64,000 nucleotides of DNA from Bacteroidota bacterium (GCA_016699635.1 CP064983.1:1670985-1734984); one strand, 5' to 3'; shown: positions 43,922 to 55,292, counted from the stretch's first letter. Numbers and translations are program-made. The notes: generated from the letters alone by a model not told the origin.

Positions 43922-46900
43922 ATGCACCTCTGTTGCCACTCATACTTCTCTCTAAAATACGGTGTCCTTAGTCCGGACGATTTATTGTGCATTGCCGCAC
44001 AAAAAAATATTCAGTCGCTGGCACTCACAGATATCAACAACACATCAGGCATACTTGATTTTTTTCGTTTAGCACAGCGATACAATGTTCGCCCTGTGGC
44101 AGGCATTGATTTCAGAAATGGTGTAGAACAAAAATTTATTGGTATTGCAAAAAGCAACGAAGGCTTTCATGAGCTCAATAAATTTCTATCGGAGCATTTA
44201 ATTTCCGGAGAAAAATTTTCAGACATTGCTCCTGCATTCCAACAGGCATGGATAGTTTATCCAATGTTGTCGGCACCACAACAGTTGCACGAAAACGAAT
44301 TTGTAGGCATCAAACCCAATGAGCTCTTTCAGTTAAACTTTTCGGAGTGGAAAAGCAAGTTACATAAATTGGTTGCTCTTGCACCGGCAACTTTTCGCAA
44401 CAAAACAGATTTTAATTCACACCGTCTGCTGCGTGCCATCAGCTACAATACGCTACTCAGCAAGCTGCCCGTTTCCGGACAGGCATCGGCAGATGAAATC
44501 ATGTATTCACCGGAGGAGTTGAAGTGCATTTACAGAGAATATCCACAACTGATTTACAACACAGAGAAATTATTGGAACCCTGTTGTATAGATTTTGAAT
44601 TCGGAAAAAACAAAAACAAAAAATATTTTTTGGGTAGTGCCAAACGCGATCATCACAAACTGATGAGTCTTTGTTATGAAGGTTTAAGTTATCGTTACCC
44701 GAATACTGACGACACCATCATTGACCGTTTTGAAAAAGAAATTCAGATGATAGGTGAGTTGGGTTTCTCATCCTATTTTCTCATCAATCACGATATTGTT
44801 CGCTATGCACGAAGCAAGAATTATTTTTATGTAGGCCGTGGCAGCGGTGCCAACAGCATGGTAGCCTATCTGCTGCGCAGTACCGATGTTGACCCTATAG
44901 ACCTCGACTTGTATTTTGAACGATTTATCAATCCGCAGCGCACCAGCCCTCCCGATTTTGATATTGATTTCAGTTGGAACGAGCGCGATGATGTGATTGA
45001 CTACATCTTTAACCGCAGCACCTTTGGTAAAGAACATGTGGCACTGCTGGCAACGTATAGCACATTTCAAAGAGATGCTGCCATTCGCGAGTTGGGAAAA
45101 GTTTTTGGATTGCCCAAGGCAGAGATAGATTCTTTTTTTGAAAATGGAAATACCAAACGCGACCACATCAGTAATTTGGTGTTGCAATATGCACAACGTA
45201 TCATTGATGTGCCTTCGCACCTGAGCATTCATGCAGGAGGCATTCTCATTTCCGAAAAACCCATGACGTATTATACGGCTCTCGATAATCCGCCTAAAGG
45301 TTTTCCGCTTACGCAGTTCAGTATGCTCGAAGCAGAAGATGTAGGTCTTTATAAGTTTGATATTTTGTCGCAGCGCGGACTGGGAAAAATTAAAGATGCT
45401 GTTGCTGTCATTGAAAAAAACCGACAGGTAAAAGTTGATATTCATGACATAAAAAAGTTTAAAGAAGATGAGGGCGTCAGGCAAAAACTGCAGCAGGCAA
45501 ATCTTATGGGATGCTTTTATGTAGAAAGTCCTGCCATGCGCATGTTACTGAAAAAACTACGTGCAAAAACCTATCTCGATTTGGTGGCAGCAAGTTCAAT
45601 CATCCGTCCGGGGGTGGCACAAAGCGGCATGATGCGCGAATATATTTTGCGCTTTCATGAGGAGAGCCGCAGAACCTACATTCATCCGATGATGGAGGAG
45701 TTGATGCGCGAAACTTTTGGGGTGATGGTATATCAGGAAGATGTGATTAAGGTAGCACATTATTTTGCCGGACTTACACTCACAGAAGCCGACATGCTGC
45801 GCAGAGGCATGAGTGGAAAATATCGGGGACGTGCAGAGTTTGAAAAAGTGAAAGATGCTTTTTTCAATGGTTGCCGCAAGAAAGGACATGCCGATAAGAT
45901 AGCAGAAGAAGTGTGGCGGCAGATTGAATCGTTTGCAGGCTATGCTTTCAGCAAAGGCCATTCGGCATCGTATGCCGTTGAGAGCTATCAGTGCATGTTT
46001 TTAAAGACCTATTTTCCACTTGAATATATGGTGGCATGTGTAAACAACGGTGGTGGGTTTTACGCAGCTGAATTTTATGTACATGAAGCGCGTATGTGTG
46101 GAGGCACCATACATGCACCTGACGTTAATAAGAGTTTTTATGAAACATCGCTCTATGGGAAAAATATTTATGCAGGCTTTCATTTAGTGCATGAACTTGA
46201 AATGTTGACGGTAACAAATATTTTAAAAGCCAGAGCAGCAGAAGGGCAGTTTATTTCGCTTGCAGATTTTATGCAGCGCGTTGAAATTTCTCTCGAACAA
46301 TTGCGGCTGCTCATTCGTGTTAATGCTTTGCGTTTTACAGGAAGAACCAAGCAACAACTGCTGTGGGATATTCATGAAATAATGGGGCATGATAAAAAAA
46401 CAAATACAGAAAAACAGTTGTTTGAAGCCGAACACAAACATTTTGTCCTTCCGGAATTGCATTACAGCAAAATTGATGATGTGTGGGACGAAATAGAATT
46501 GTTGGGATTTCCGCTGTGCTCACCATTTGATTTGATAAAACAAAAAACGAATGTAACGGAAGGAATAGTGATTCATACTGCTGCAGAACTGTCGGCATAC
46601 TGCGGAAAAATAATTTCCATTGCCGGTTATTTTGTTACCCGCAAGCCAACACGAACCAAGCATGGGCAGCCTATGGCATTCGGTACTTTTCTCGACAGCA
46701 AAGGACAATGGATAGACACTACACATTTTCCCGATGTGGTAAAACAATATCCTTTTCGCGGACGCGGATGCTACCGCATTACCGGAAAGGTAGTGCAGGA
46801 ATTTGGTTTTTACAGCATTGATGTCATCAGCCTTTATCTGCTTGAATATAAAACCAGATATGCTGTGGTGGAGGAGGATAAAGTTCATGTAAATGAATAG
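43922..46900 (+). CDS. DnaE-type DNA polymerase III alpha-like protein, short form (~990 aa, DnaE2/error-prone-polymerase-like). It has PHP, polymerase core and a C-terminal OB fold, but no tau-binding tail.
   Basis: N-terminus HLCCHSYFSLKYG (PHP). The core ..GVAQSGMMREYI.., ..VYQEDVIKV.. The OB fold ..IAGYFVTRKPTRTKHGQPMAFGTFLDSKG.. ends the protein. Confidence 0.7.
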   Translation: MHLCCHSYFSLKYGVLSPDDLLCIAAQKNIQSLALTDINNTSGILDFFRLAQRYNVRPVAGIDFRNGVEQKFIGIAKSNEGFHELNKFLSEHLISGEKFSDIAPAFQQAWIVYPMLSAPQQLHENEFVGIKPNELFQLNFSEWKSKLHKLVALAPATFRNKTDFNSHRLLRAISYNTLLSKLPVSGQASADEIMYSPEELKCIYREYPQLIYNTEKLLEPCCIDFEFGKNKNKKYFLGSAKRDHHKLMSLCYEGLSYRYPNTDDTIIDRFEKEIQMIGELGFSSYFLINHDIVRYARSKNYFYVGRGSGANSMVAYLLRSTDVDPIDLDLYFERFINPQRTSPPDFDIDFSWNERDDVIDYIFNRSTFGKEHVALLATYSTFQRDAAIRELGKVFGLPKAEIDSFFENGNTKRDHISNLVLQYAQRIIDVPSHLSIHAGGILISEKPMTYYTALDNPPKGFPLTQFSMLEAEDVGLYKFDILSQRGLGKIKDAVAVIEKNRQVKVDIHDIKKFKEDEGVRQKLQQANLMGCFYVESPAMRMLLKKLRAKTYLDLVAASSIIRPGVAQSGMMREYILRFHEESRRTYIHPMMEELMRETFGVMVYQEDVIKVAHYFAGLTLTEADMLRRGMSGKYRGRAEFEKVKDAFFNGCRKKGHADKIAEEVWRQIESFAGYAFSKGHSASYAVESYQCMFLKTYFPLEYMVACVNNGGGFYAAEFYVHEARMCGGTIHAPDVNKSFYETSLYGKNIYAGFHLVHELEMLTVTNILKARAAEGQFISLADFMQRVEISLEQLRLLIRVNALRFTGRTKQQLLWDIHEIMGHDKKTNTEKQLFEAEHKHFVLPELHYSKIDDVWDEIELLGFPLCSPFDLIKQKTNVTEGIVIHTAAELSAYCGKIISIAGYFVTRKPTRTKHGQPMAFGTFLDSKGQWIDTTHFPDVVKQYPFRGRGCYRITGKVVQEFGFYSIDVISLYLLEYKTRYAVVEEDKVHVNE

Positions 46901-46924
46901 GAGTAAACAATAAAAAAAGTAAAA
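46876..46924 (+). repeat. 48-49-bp direct repeat, copy 1. It covers the last 8 codons and the stop of the dnaE2-like gene plus 24 nt.
   Basis: GGATAAAGTTCATGTAAATGAATAGGAGTAAACAATAAAAAAAGTAAAA is identical to 47219..47266 except for one A in the A-run. Confidence 0.9.
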
Positions 46925-47218
46925 CTTCCCTAAGTAGGCGCAAGCGTCTTTCGCTCGTGCTTTTATCCTTGTGGCCTCTATCCGTCCGATAGCTATCGGA
47001 CTTCATAGTTCAACCAGCTTTAAATCGGTAAATTGATTATCACTACTATACTCCATACCCGCGAAGTTGCACTTCGTGGGTTTTTGTGCAAAGAAGTTTT
47101 ACTTCTGAAACCATACCGTTTCCTTTATTTTTTATTGTGTAAATATAATTTAATGTTCACTTTGTAAAGCACAGCATTATGACACACTACTCACGAAGTG
47201 CAACTTCGCAGGTACGGG
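46925..47218. mobile_element. ~294-bp hairpin-rich non-coding insert (MITE-like). Its left ~115 bp are ~85% identical to the left end of the 56690..56998 element. It contains an internal inverted repeat (47046..47069 versus 47191..47218).
   Basis: CTAAGTAGGCGCAAGCG...GTCCGATAGCTATCGGACTTCATAGTTCAACCAG... is shared with 56691... It is flanked by the 48-bp direct repeats. Confidence 0.6.
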
Positions 47219-47266
47219 GGGATAAAGTTCATGTAAATGAATAGGAGTAAACAATAAAAAAGTAAA
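47219..47266 (+). repeat. 48-bp direct repeat, copy 2
   Basis: See copy 1. Confidence 0.9.
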
Positions 47267-47428
47267 AAGAAAAGTATTACAATGCATTTAAAATGCTCTA
47301 CATGTGCTAATATTCTGAAACAGAGCACTTAATTAATTAACTATTTTGTGGTCAGACCTAGACAAAGAAATAGGTAGTGTATTGAAAAACAACACTGTAG
47401 GTTAGTGCTTAGGTTTGTTAAAAACCTT

Positions 47429-47436
47429 TATATTTG
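47429..47436 (+). promoter_or_regulatory. TATATTTG (-7 motif TAnnTTTG) upstream of secDF
   Basis: Motif match 36 nt upstream of the secDF ATG at 47472. Confidence 0.35.
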
Positions 47437-47471
47437 CCGCTCTTAAAAAAATACCGAAAAATAAATTATTC

Positions 47472-50400
47472 ATGCAAAGTAAAGGCGCAATTAAATTTTT
47501 AGCCATTCTGGTATCCATCATCTGTCTGTTTCAGTTGTCGTTTACCATCGTAACAAATCGTATTGAAAGCAAGGCACATGAGGCAACTAATGGCAACCCC
47601 GAAGCATACAAAGCATACATTGACTCTATCAGTCAGTTAACGGCTTATAATCTTGGCTTTAAGAAATACACCTATCAGGAATGTAAGGAACGTGAAATCA
47701 ACCTGGGTCTTGACCTAAAAGGTGGTATGAACGTAACGATGGAAGTTAGCGTTACCGATTTGATTCGTAACATACCAACAATCCTAACGATCCAATGTTA
47801 GTGAAAGCTTTAGACGATGCACATCAGGCACAACGTACAAGCCAGAAAGGTTTAGTACAGTTGTTTGGTGAAGCCTTTGAACGTAACAATCCGGGAGCAA
47901 AACTGGCTGCACTTTACAGCACCATGGACTTGCAGAACAGAGTAAATTTCAACTCTACCAATGCCGAAGTAATTAAGGTTATACAGTCAGAAGCAGATGC
48001 AGCTATCAGCCGCACATACAACATTCTTCGTACACGTATTGATAAATTCGGTGTAACACAACCAAACATTCAGCAATTAGGCGGAGGACGTATTTTAATT
48101 GAGCTTCCCGAGTAAAAGAGCCGGATCGTGTGCGTAAACTGTTGCAAGGAACTGCACAATTAGAGTTCTGGGAAACGTATGATAATGCTGAAGTGTTTCC
48201 GCAATTAGAAGCAGTAAATAAAAAACTTGCTGCACTTGAAACACCTGCACCAACAGACTCTACTGCAAAATCAGACACAACAGTTGCAGCTACCGGTGAT
48301 TCTTTAACTGCTGCTGCAGATACAGGAGCAATGAAAAAGCCGGCATTACTCAGCAAGTTAGAGAGTGATACTGCTGCTGCAAAAGACACTTCTTCCAGTC
48401 TCAGTTTGCAAAATTTTCTAAAGAAAATCCACTCTTTGCATTGCTGACACCTGCGATCTTTACCAATGCACAAAATCAGAGCGAATATCGCAAAGGCCCT
48501 GTAGTAGGTTATGCTGCTATTAAAGATACAGGTAAGCTGCGTGAAATTTTAGAGCGTCCTGAAATAAAAAATATTCTTCCACGCGATTTGCGTTTGTTAT
48601 GGACAGCAAAACCACCAACAAAAGAATCTAAATTTTTAGAGTTAGTAGCTATTAAAGTAAAAAGCCGCGATGGAAAAGCACCAATGGATGGTTCTGTAAT
48701 TACAGATGCACGTCAGGACTTTGGTCAGTTTAACAGCTCGCCAGAAATTTCTATGTCAATGAATCCTGAAGGAGCTAAAACATGGAAAAGACTTACAGGA
48801 GAAAACGTAGGAAAAAGTATTGCTATTGTTCTCGATAATTATGTTTATTCTTTCCCTAATGTACAGGGCGAAATTGCAGGAGGCCGTTCATCCATTACAG
48901 GTAACTTCGAAATTTCTGAAGCACAGGATTTGGCTAACATTCTTAAGGCAGGTAAACTTCCTGCTCCTGCACGAATTGTTGAAGAAGCTATTGTTGGTCC
49001 TTCATTAGGTGAAGAAGCAATTCAAAACAGTTGGATGTCGTTTGCAGGTGCATTTGTTGTAATCCTGTTGTTCATGGGATTCTATTATATGCGTGCAGGT
49101 TGGGTAGCTAACATCGCATTGTTTGCCAACATATTCTTTATCATGGGTGTGCTTGCATCTTTAGGTGCTGTACTTACGCTTCCGGGTATTGCAGGTATCG
49201 TCCTCACCATAGGTCTTTCTGTGGATGCCAACATCCTTATTTTCGAGCGTGTGAGAGAAGAGTTAAAAGCAGGCAAGGGAATAAGACTTGCTGTTTCTGA
49301 TGGGTTCAAGCATGCCATGCCTTCTATCCTTGACTCAAACATTACTTTTCTCATTCTCGGTATCGTACTTTATATTTTCGGTTCCGGTCCGGTACAGGGT
49401 TTTGCAACTACATTGGTAATTGGAGTACTCACATCACTGTTTTCTGCTGTATTGCTTTCAAGACTCATTTTTGAAGGTATGTTGGATAAGAACAAACCAA
49501 TTTCTTTCGGTAATGAATTCTCCAATAACATTTACAAAAACATTCACTTCAACTTTGTTGACAACAGAAAGAAGTATTACATCCTGTCTTCAATTGTAAT
49601 TATTGCAGGTATTGTTTCTTTCGCAATAAAAGGGTTGAATTACGGTGTTGACTTTGAAGGTGGACGCACCTACACCATTCAGATGGATAAGAGTATCTCT
49701 ACCGAAGATATTCGTATGGCATTGGAGCCTCAGTTGGTTGAAGCACCCGAAGTAAAATCAGTAGGTACAACAGATCGTTTCAAAATTACTACTGCCTATC
49801 TTATTCACGACACGGCAAGTAATGTAGAAAATGTTATCGTTGATAAACTTTATAAAGGACTGACACCACTTTATGGTTCTGCTCCTGATTTTGAGACTTT
49901 CAAAACAAAGAATATCATTTCATCGCAAAAAGTAGGACCTACTATTGCAGATGATATTAAACAAAGCGCAGTGTGGGCTGTATTGATTTCATGTGCGCTG
50001 ATGTTCGTTTACATCTTTATCCGATTCAAAAAATGGCAGTATGGACTTGGTGCCGTAGTTGCCTTATTCCATGACGTATTAATTGTATTGTCATTCTTTA
50101 CATTACTGTCAGGAGTTATTCCCGTAGCACTTGAAATAGATCAGCACTTTATTGCAGCTATCTTAACAGTTATGGGCTATACCATGACAGAATCGGTTGT
50201 AGTGTTCGACCGTATTCGTGAATATCTAGGACATCATCATACTGCCGATGATAAACATGTGATTAACGAAGCATTAAATGCCACATTAAGCCGAACCATC
50301 AACACTACATTAACTGTATTCTTCGTGTTGATTGTAATCTTTATTTTCGGTGGCGAGGTAATTCGTGGTTTCATTTTTGCACTCCTCATAGGACGTATCA

Positions 50401-50486
50401 TCGGAACGTACTCTTCGCTCTGTATTTCAACACCAATAGTAATTGACCTTGGTGGAAATGCACATGAAGGTGTAGCGAAGAAATAA
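47472..50486 (+). CDS. secDF: fused protein translocase subunit SecDF. It is split over four ORFs by at least three frameshifts (47415..47801, 47795..48115, 48130..48447, 48441..50486).
   Basis: SecD N-terminal TM plus periplasmic domain, a SecD 6-TM block (..LSVDANILIFERVREE..), then the SecF block (..GVDFEGGRTYTIQ..). Together they are collinear with ~1000-aa Bacteroidota SecDF. Confidence 0.85.
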
Positions 50487-50508
50487 TTTCTTAAAATATT
50501 TTATTTGG

Positions 50509-50547
50509 AAAAGGCTGTCTCAAAAAGGCAGCCTTTTTTGTGTTTTT
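50509..50547 (+). terminator. intrinsic terminator after secDF
   Basis: AAGGCTGTCT-CAAAAA-GGCAGCCTT followed by TTTTTGTGTTTTT. Confidence 0.7.
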
Positions 50548-50877
50548 AAATTTCAATGACCTTTAAAAACTAAATTTTATTATTGGAAAATTGAGAATTA
50601 ACTAAGCCGTTCATTTTCTTGTTGTACTTGTAATTCCTCCTGAAAAAATTTGGTTTATTACATCTGGCATTTTAAGATATGGCGACAACTTTGTACAAAA
50701 ACTGAATTGTATTTCAAAAGTAAAATCTTATGAATAAGCTTTAATAAAACATATTGCACACATGCTGTCATGTTATTTATTATTTTAAATTGTCTGCAAA
50801 AAAATTGTCGGTGTTTACATAAATAATTTTTACTCTTTTATCTGTAGCAAGTTTTACATTGTCCTGAACAAATCCTA

Positions 50878-51405
50878 TTAATCGTTTGCTTTGTCTGCCC
50901 ATGAATTTACTCCAATAAATAATAACAATATAGTAATATCATTTGTGGTTGATTTTTCTGTATTTGACAGGGGTTTTAAAAATTTCAATTGTGTTTTTAA
51001 CGAAATAATAGTGTCTAATGGTGCCTGTTGTTTTGGAGGAAATGTTTTAATAATTCCATTTTTATTCCATTTTAGATTTGGAAATCCACCTGCATAACAG
51101 TTTATTTGAAATGATTGAAGTTGTCCGGTCTTGTTGTAGTAAAGTGCCTGAAGAGGTGGGTAATGGTTTTTGATTTGTTGTTTGAAAAGCTTCGTGTCAA
51201 ATGACTTTAGAAAAGTAAAATATGCAGTATCTAATTCGTAATTTTCTGTTGAATTAATATTGTACTTTTTTGCATAATGTAGAATTGTTTTTTCGTCAAC
51301 TTGTTTGAGTTTATTCGTTCCAATTATTGATGAACAACTTGTCAACAAGAAAGCCATAATAAAAGCAAAGGTTGACAGATTTGATAGTTGCTTATGTTTT
51401 TTCAT
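50878..51405 (-). CDS. hypothetical lipoprotein. The C-terminus probably continues in another frame to ~50765.
   Basis: Lipobox LLTSC after the signal peptide. The adjacent frame reads on as ..RLIGFVQDNVKLATDKRVKIIYVNTDNFFADNLK. Confidence 0.4.
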   Translation of the reverse strand: MKKHKQLSNLSTFAFIMAFLLTSCSSIIGTNKLKQVDEKTILHYAKKYNINSTENYELDTAYFTFLKSFDTKLFKQQIKNHYPPLQALYYNKTGQLQSFQINCYAGGFPNLKWNKNGIIKTFPPKQQAPLDTIISLKTQLKFLKPLSNTEKSTTNDITILLLFIGVNSWADKAND

Positions 51406-51447
51406 TAGTATGTTCTATCGTTGTTTAAGTCATCTAAAAATTGTCAA

Positions 51448-52677
51448 TTACTTCCCTGTTTCTGCATATTGCTTTTTTACTAAATGTGCTGCAATAAAAT
51501 AGGAAGCAAGAGCACCGATACAAAAAACTACTAAAAACACACTTACAAAATCGGTTACCTGCATTTGAACCGGATAGGCTTCTACAACAAAAGAATCGGC
51601 ATTGCCTAATTTGATAAGATGAAAATGTTGTTGCAGAAAACAAATGATGCCACCTGCCAACAAGCCACCAACAACACCTACAAAAGTGATTAAAAGTCCC
51701 TCCATAAAAAATATTTTTTTAACCATTGTAAAACCGGCACCCAAGTTTTTAAGAATGATAATGTCTTTCTTTTTCTCTATAACAAGCATAGTTAGTGTGC
51801 CCAGAATATTAAAGATGCCAATTACCATGATGAAAGACAGAATGAGAAACACAGCCCATTTCTCAGAACTAAGAATTTTATAAAGAAACTCATGTTGTTG
51901 TGCACGGTTTTTAACAGTAAAGTCATGACCGGAAATTTCTTTTAATTTTTGAATCACAGTAGTTTCATCAGCACCGGGTTTCAGCATAATTTCCATTGCC
52001 GATGCTTTTCCTTCGGCCGCAATAAATTCCTGAACAAAGGACATGGGTGCCAGAATATATTTAGAGTCAAAATCCTGCTGAATGGCAAATATTCCACCAA
52101 TTGAAATGTTCATTTGTCGCAATGCATTTTCAAAATCACCGGGAGAAGTAATGTTTTTATCAGGAAGATAAAGCATTAGAGGCTCGTTCCCTGTATCTGC
52201 ATTTACCGACAGTGCATAAGCAACTCCACTACCAACAATGGCAAAGTTTCGTTCACCATTTTCCAGAATCGGTAAACCGATAACCACAGCTTTGTTCAAC
52301 CCTGTTTTTTTCATCAGTTCGTTGTCAAGGCCTTTCAACGTAACTATATCCTGTTTTTCACCATAGCGGGCAAGGCAGTTTTCTTCTAATGTAAATGCTG
52401 CATATTTTATTCCGTCAATAGCACGGATTTTTTCCAGATTAAGAGCATCACTGTTAAAAGTTTTTCCTTTTATGACTGTAATTTTAATGTCAGGGTCGAA
52501 GGTGTCGTAAAGTGAAATTACCAGATTTCCAAAGCCGTTAAAAACACTCAGCACTACAATCAATGCCATAGTGCCTGTAAACACACCGGCAATAGACACA
52601 AGGCTGACTAAGTTGACAATGTTATGCGACTTTTTGCCGATGAGATAACGAGATGCTATTTTGATAATCAAATTCAT
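51448..52677 (-). CDS. FtsX-family ABC transporter permease (LolC/LolE-like)
   Basis: TM1, a large periplasmic domain, then three C-terminal TMs. ~410 aa. Confidence 0.75.
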   Translation of the reverse strand: MNLIIKIASRYLIGKKSHNIVNLVSLVSIAGVFTGTMALIVVLSVFNGFGNLVISLYDTFDPDIKITVIKGKTFNSDALNLEKIRAIDGIKYAAFTLEENCLARYGEKQDIVTLKGLDNELMKKTGLNKAVVIGLPILENGERNFAIVGSGVAYALSVNADTGNEPLMLYLPDKNITSPGDFENALRQMNISIGGIFAIQQDFDSKYILAPMSFVQEFIAAEGKASAMEIMLKPGADETTVIQKLKEISGHDFTVKNRAQQHEFLYKILSSEKWAVFLILSFIMVIGIFNILGTLTMLVIEKKKDIIILKNLGAGFTMVKKIFFMEGLLITFVGVVGGLLAGGIICFLQQHFHLIKLGNADSFVVEAYPVQMQVTDFVSVFLVVFCIGALASYFIAAHLVKKQYAETGK

Positions 52678-52820
52678 GCCTGCGGGCTAAAGTCAGCAAG
52701 AATAATCACTTTTACAACAACGACTTAAAAAATGCCCCTACTTTTTTACAACCTTAGCTTTCTGTTAATAGGCAATAATAGAGCTAAATAGTATCTTCGC
52801 TGCCTCAAATTTGTAATGTG

Positions 52821-53948
52821 ATGAAAAAACTCCACATGGTTGACCTGATCAGTCAATATCAAAAAATAAAACCGGAAGTAGATAAAGCTATTTCAGACAC
52901 TGTAACATCATCAGCCTATATAAACGGCCCGGAGGTTAAGGCATTTCAGGCAGAGTTAGAAAAATATTTAAATGTTGGTCATGTAATAAATTGTGCAAAC
53001 GGTACGGATGCATTGCAGATAGCCATGATGGCTCTTAATCTTCAACCGGGTGATGAAGTTATTACTGCAAGTTTTACTTATGTAGCTACTGCAGAGGTTA
53101 TTGCACTTTTAAAATTAAAACCTGTTTTAGTAGAGGTTATTCCCGGAACATTTTCCATAGATCCTGTTGCCATTGAAAAGGCCATCACACCAAAGACAAA
53201 AGCAATAGTTCCGGTACATTTATTTGGTCAATGTGCCGATATGGAACCCATTATGAAAATTGCTGCTAAACATAATCTTTATGTTATTGAAGATGTGGCA
53301 CAAGCCATTGGTGCAGACTACACTTTTTCTGATGGCAGAAAACAAAAAGCAGGAACTATCGGAACCATTGGTTGTACTTCGTTTTTTCCGAGTAAGAATT
53401 TAGGATGCATGGGCGATGGCGGTGCTATATTTACCAACGATGCAGAGCTTGCCAAAAAAATAAGAATGATTGCCAATCATGGTCAGTCTGTTCAGTATGT
53501 GCATGACGAAATTGGTGTTAACTCAAGACTTGACAGTATTCAGGCCGCTATTTTGAGAGTAAAATTAAAACATCTTGACAGTTATGCTGCAGCGCGACAA
53601 AAAGCAGCGGCATATTATGACAATGCTTTTAGAGGTAGCACAAAAATTAAAACACCGGAAAGAAGCAAAAACTCTACTCACGTTTTTCATCAATACACTT
53701 TAGTTCTTGATGGTGTTAATCGTGATGAGTTGCGTCACTATTTAGCCGAGAAGGAAATTCCTGCTATGATTTATTATCCTATTCCGCTTCACATGCAAAA
53801 GGCTTATAAAGATGATCGCTATAAGGAAGGAAATTTTCCGGTAACAGAAAAACTTTGTGCCAATGTGCTGTCATTACCCATGCATACAGAGTTGGATGAG
53901 GAGCAGTTGGAATATATTACCCGTGCAGTACTTGAATTTTGTAAATAG
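52821..53948 (+). CDS. DegT/DnrJ/EryC1/StrS family PLP-dependent sugar aminotransferase
   Basis: The ..CANGTDALQIAM.. motif and the lysine-region motif ..SFFPSKNLGCMGDGGAI.. Confidence 0.85.
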   Translation: MKKLHMVDLISQYQKIKPEVDKAISDTVTSSAYINGPEVKAFQAELEKYLNVGHVINCANGTDALQIAMMALNLQPGDEVITASFTYVATAEVIALLKLKPVLVEVIPGTFSIDPVAIEKAITPKTKAIVPVHLFGQCADMEPIMKIAAKHNLYVIEDVAQAIGADYTFSDGRKQKAGTIGTIGCTSFFPSKNLGCMGDGGAIFTNDAELAKKIRMIANHGQSVQYVHDEIGVNSRLDSIQAAILRVKLKHLDSYAAARQKAAAYYDNAFRGSTKIKTPERSKNSTHVFHQYTLVLDGVNRDELRHYLAEKEIPAMIYYPIPLHMQKAYKDDRYKEGNFPVTEKLCANVLSLPMHTELDEEQLEYITRAVLEFCK

Positions 53949-53978
53949 AAAATAATTTTATCCGTATAGTATTTTAAT

Positions 53979-55292
53979 ATGAACATTGGAGTTGTAGGTA
54001 CAGGTTATGTAGGTTTGGTTACCGGAACCTGTTTTGCCGAAATGGGCAATCATGTAGTTTGTGTGGACATAGATCAGGCAAAAGTTGATAGCATGAAACA
54101 AGGAAAAATTCCTATCTATGAGCCTCATCTTGATGTGTTGTTCGAGAGGAATATCAGACAAAATCGTTTGTCGTTTACCACGCAGCTTACAGATGCAGTT
54201 AAACATTCATCAATTATATTTCTTGCATTACCCACGCCTCCCGGTGAAGATGGCTCTGCAGATTTATCTTATGTACTGGGTGTTGCCGACCAATTAGGAA
54301 AAATGCTAGATGGTTATAAAATCATCATCAATAAGAGTACAGTGCCTGTTGGTACAGCAGAAGCAGTGAGAGATGCTATTGCTAAAAACTACAAAGGCGA
54401 ATTTGATGTCATCTCTAATCCTGAATTTTTACGCGAAGGTTTTGCAGTAGATGATTTTATGAAACCCGATCGTGTTGTTATTGGAACACGTTCAGAGAAA
54501 GCAAAAAAAATTATGGGAGAACTGTATGCACCTTTTCTTCGTCAAGGCAATCCAATATATTTTATGGACGAGCGCAGTGCAGAGTTAACTAAGTATGCAG
54601 CAAACTCATTTCTGGCAACAAAAATTACTTTCATGAATGAGGTTGCCAATCTCTGCGAAAAAGTGGGTGCTAATGTTGATGCAGTGCGCATTGGCATAGG
54701 CTCTGATGACAGAATCGGTAAGCGGTTTTTATTTGCCGGTATTGGTTATGGTGGAAGCTGTTTCCCAAAAGATGTGCAGGCATTAGAACACACATCCGGC
54801 AAGTATGGATATGATTTTAGTATTCTGCAATCGGTGATGAGCGTAAACAACAAGCAAAAAATGTTGCTTGCAGAAAAAGCATTGGAATATTATGGTGGTA
54901 ATGTAAAAGGAAAACGATTTGCATTGTGGGGACTTGCATTTAAACCCGATACCGATGATATTCGCGAAGCACCATCACTTTATATTATTGACATGCTTAC
55001 AAAAGCAGGTGCAACCATTAGAGCATTTGATCCTGAGGCAATGAATAATGTGAAAAAACTGATAGGTGATAAAATTGAGTTTGCTAACGATGAGTATCAT
55101 GCATTAGAAGGTGCTGATGCTTTGTTGATAGCCACAGAATGGAGTGCCTTCAGAACACCTGATTTTGACAAAATGCATTCAGCTTTGAAAAGCAAAGTAA
55201 TTTTTGACGGACGTAATTTATACGAACCACAAAAAATGCAGGAAGCGGGATATTATTATAACAGCATTGGCCGCCAAACGGTAAAACCATGA
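53979..55292 (+). CDS. ugd: UDP-glucose 6-dehydrogenase
   Basis: N-terminus GTGYVGLV and the catalytic region GGSCFPKD. Confidence 0.9.
   Translation: MNIGVVGTGYVGLVTGTCFAEMGNHVVCVDIDQAKVDSMKQGKIPIYEPHLDVLFERNIRQNRLSFTTQLTDAVKHSSIIFLALPTPPGEDGSADLSYVLGVADQLGKMLDGYKIIINKSTVPVGTAEAVRDAIAKNYKGEFDVISNPEFLREGFAVDDFMKPDRVVIGTRSEKAKKIMGELYAPFLRQGNPIYFMDERSAELTKYAANSFLATKITFMNEVANLCEKVGANVDAVRIGIGSDDRIGKRFLFAGIGYGGSCFPKDVQALEHTSGKYGYDFSILQSVMSVNNKQKMLLAEKALEYYGGNVKGKRFALWGLAFKPDTDDIREAPSLYIIDMLTKAGATIRAFDPEAMNNVKKLIGDKIEFANDEYHALEGADALLIATEWSAFRTPDFDKMHSALKSKVIFDGRNLYEPQKMQEAGYYYNSIGRQTVKP

Noticed and set aside
43922-46900. The DnaE-like gene might be the replicative DNA polymerase III alpha subunit.
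   Set aside because: At 992 aa it ends right after the OB fold, with no tau-binding C-terminal domain. Replicative DnaE1 in Bacteroidota is typically well over 1100 aa. The whole genome is needed to be sure.
46925-47218. The insert after the dnaE2-like gene might encode a small protein or a tRNA.
   Set aside because: There is no ORF of 60 aa or more. No cloverleaf could be folded. The sequence is dominated by inverted repeats typical of non-autonomous elements.
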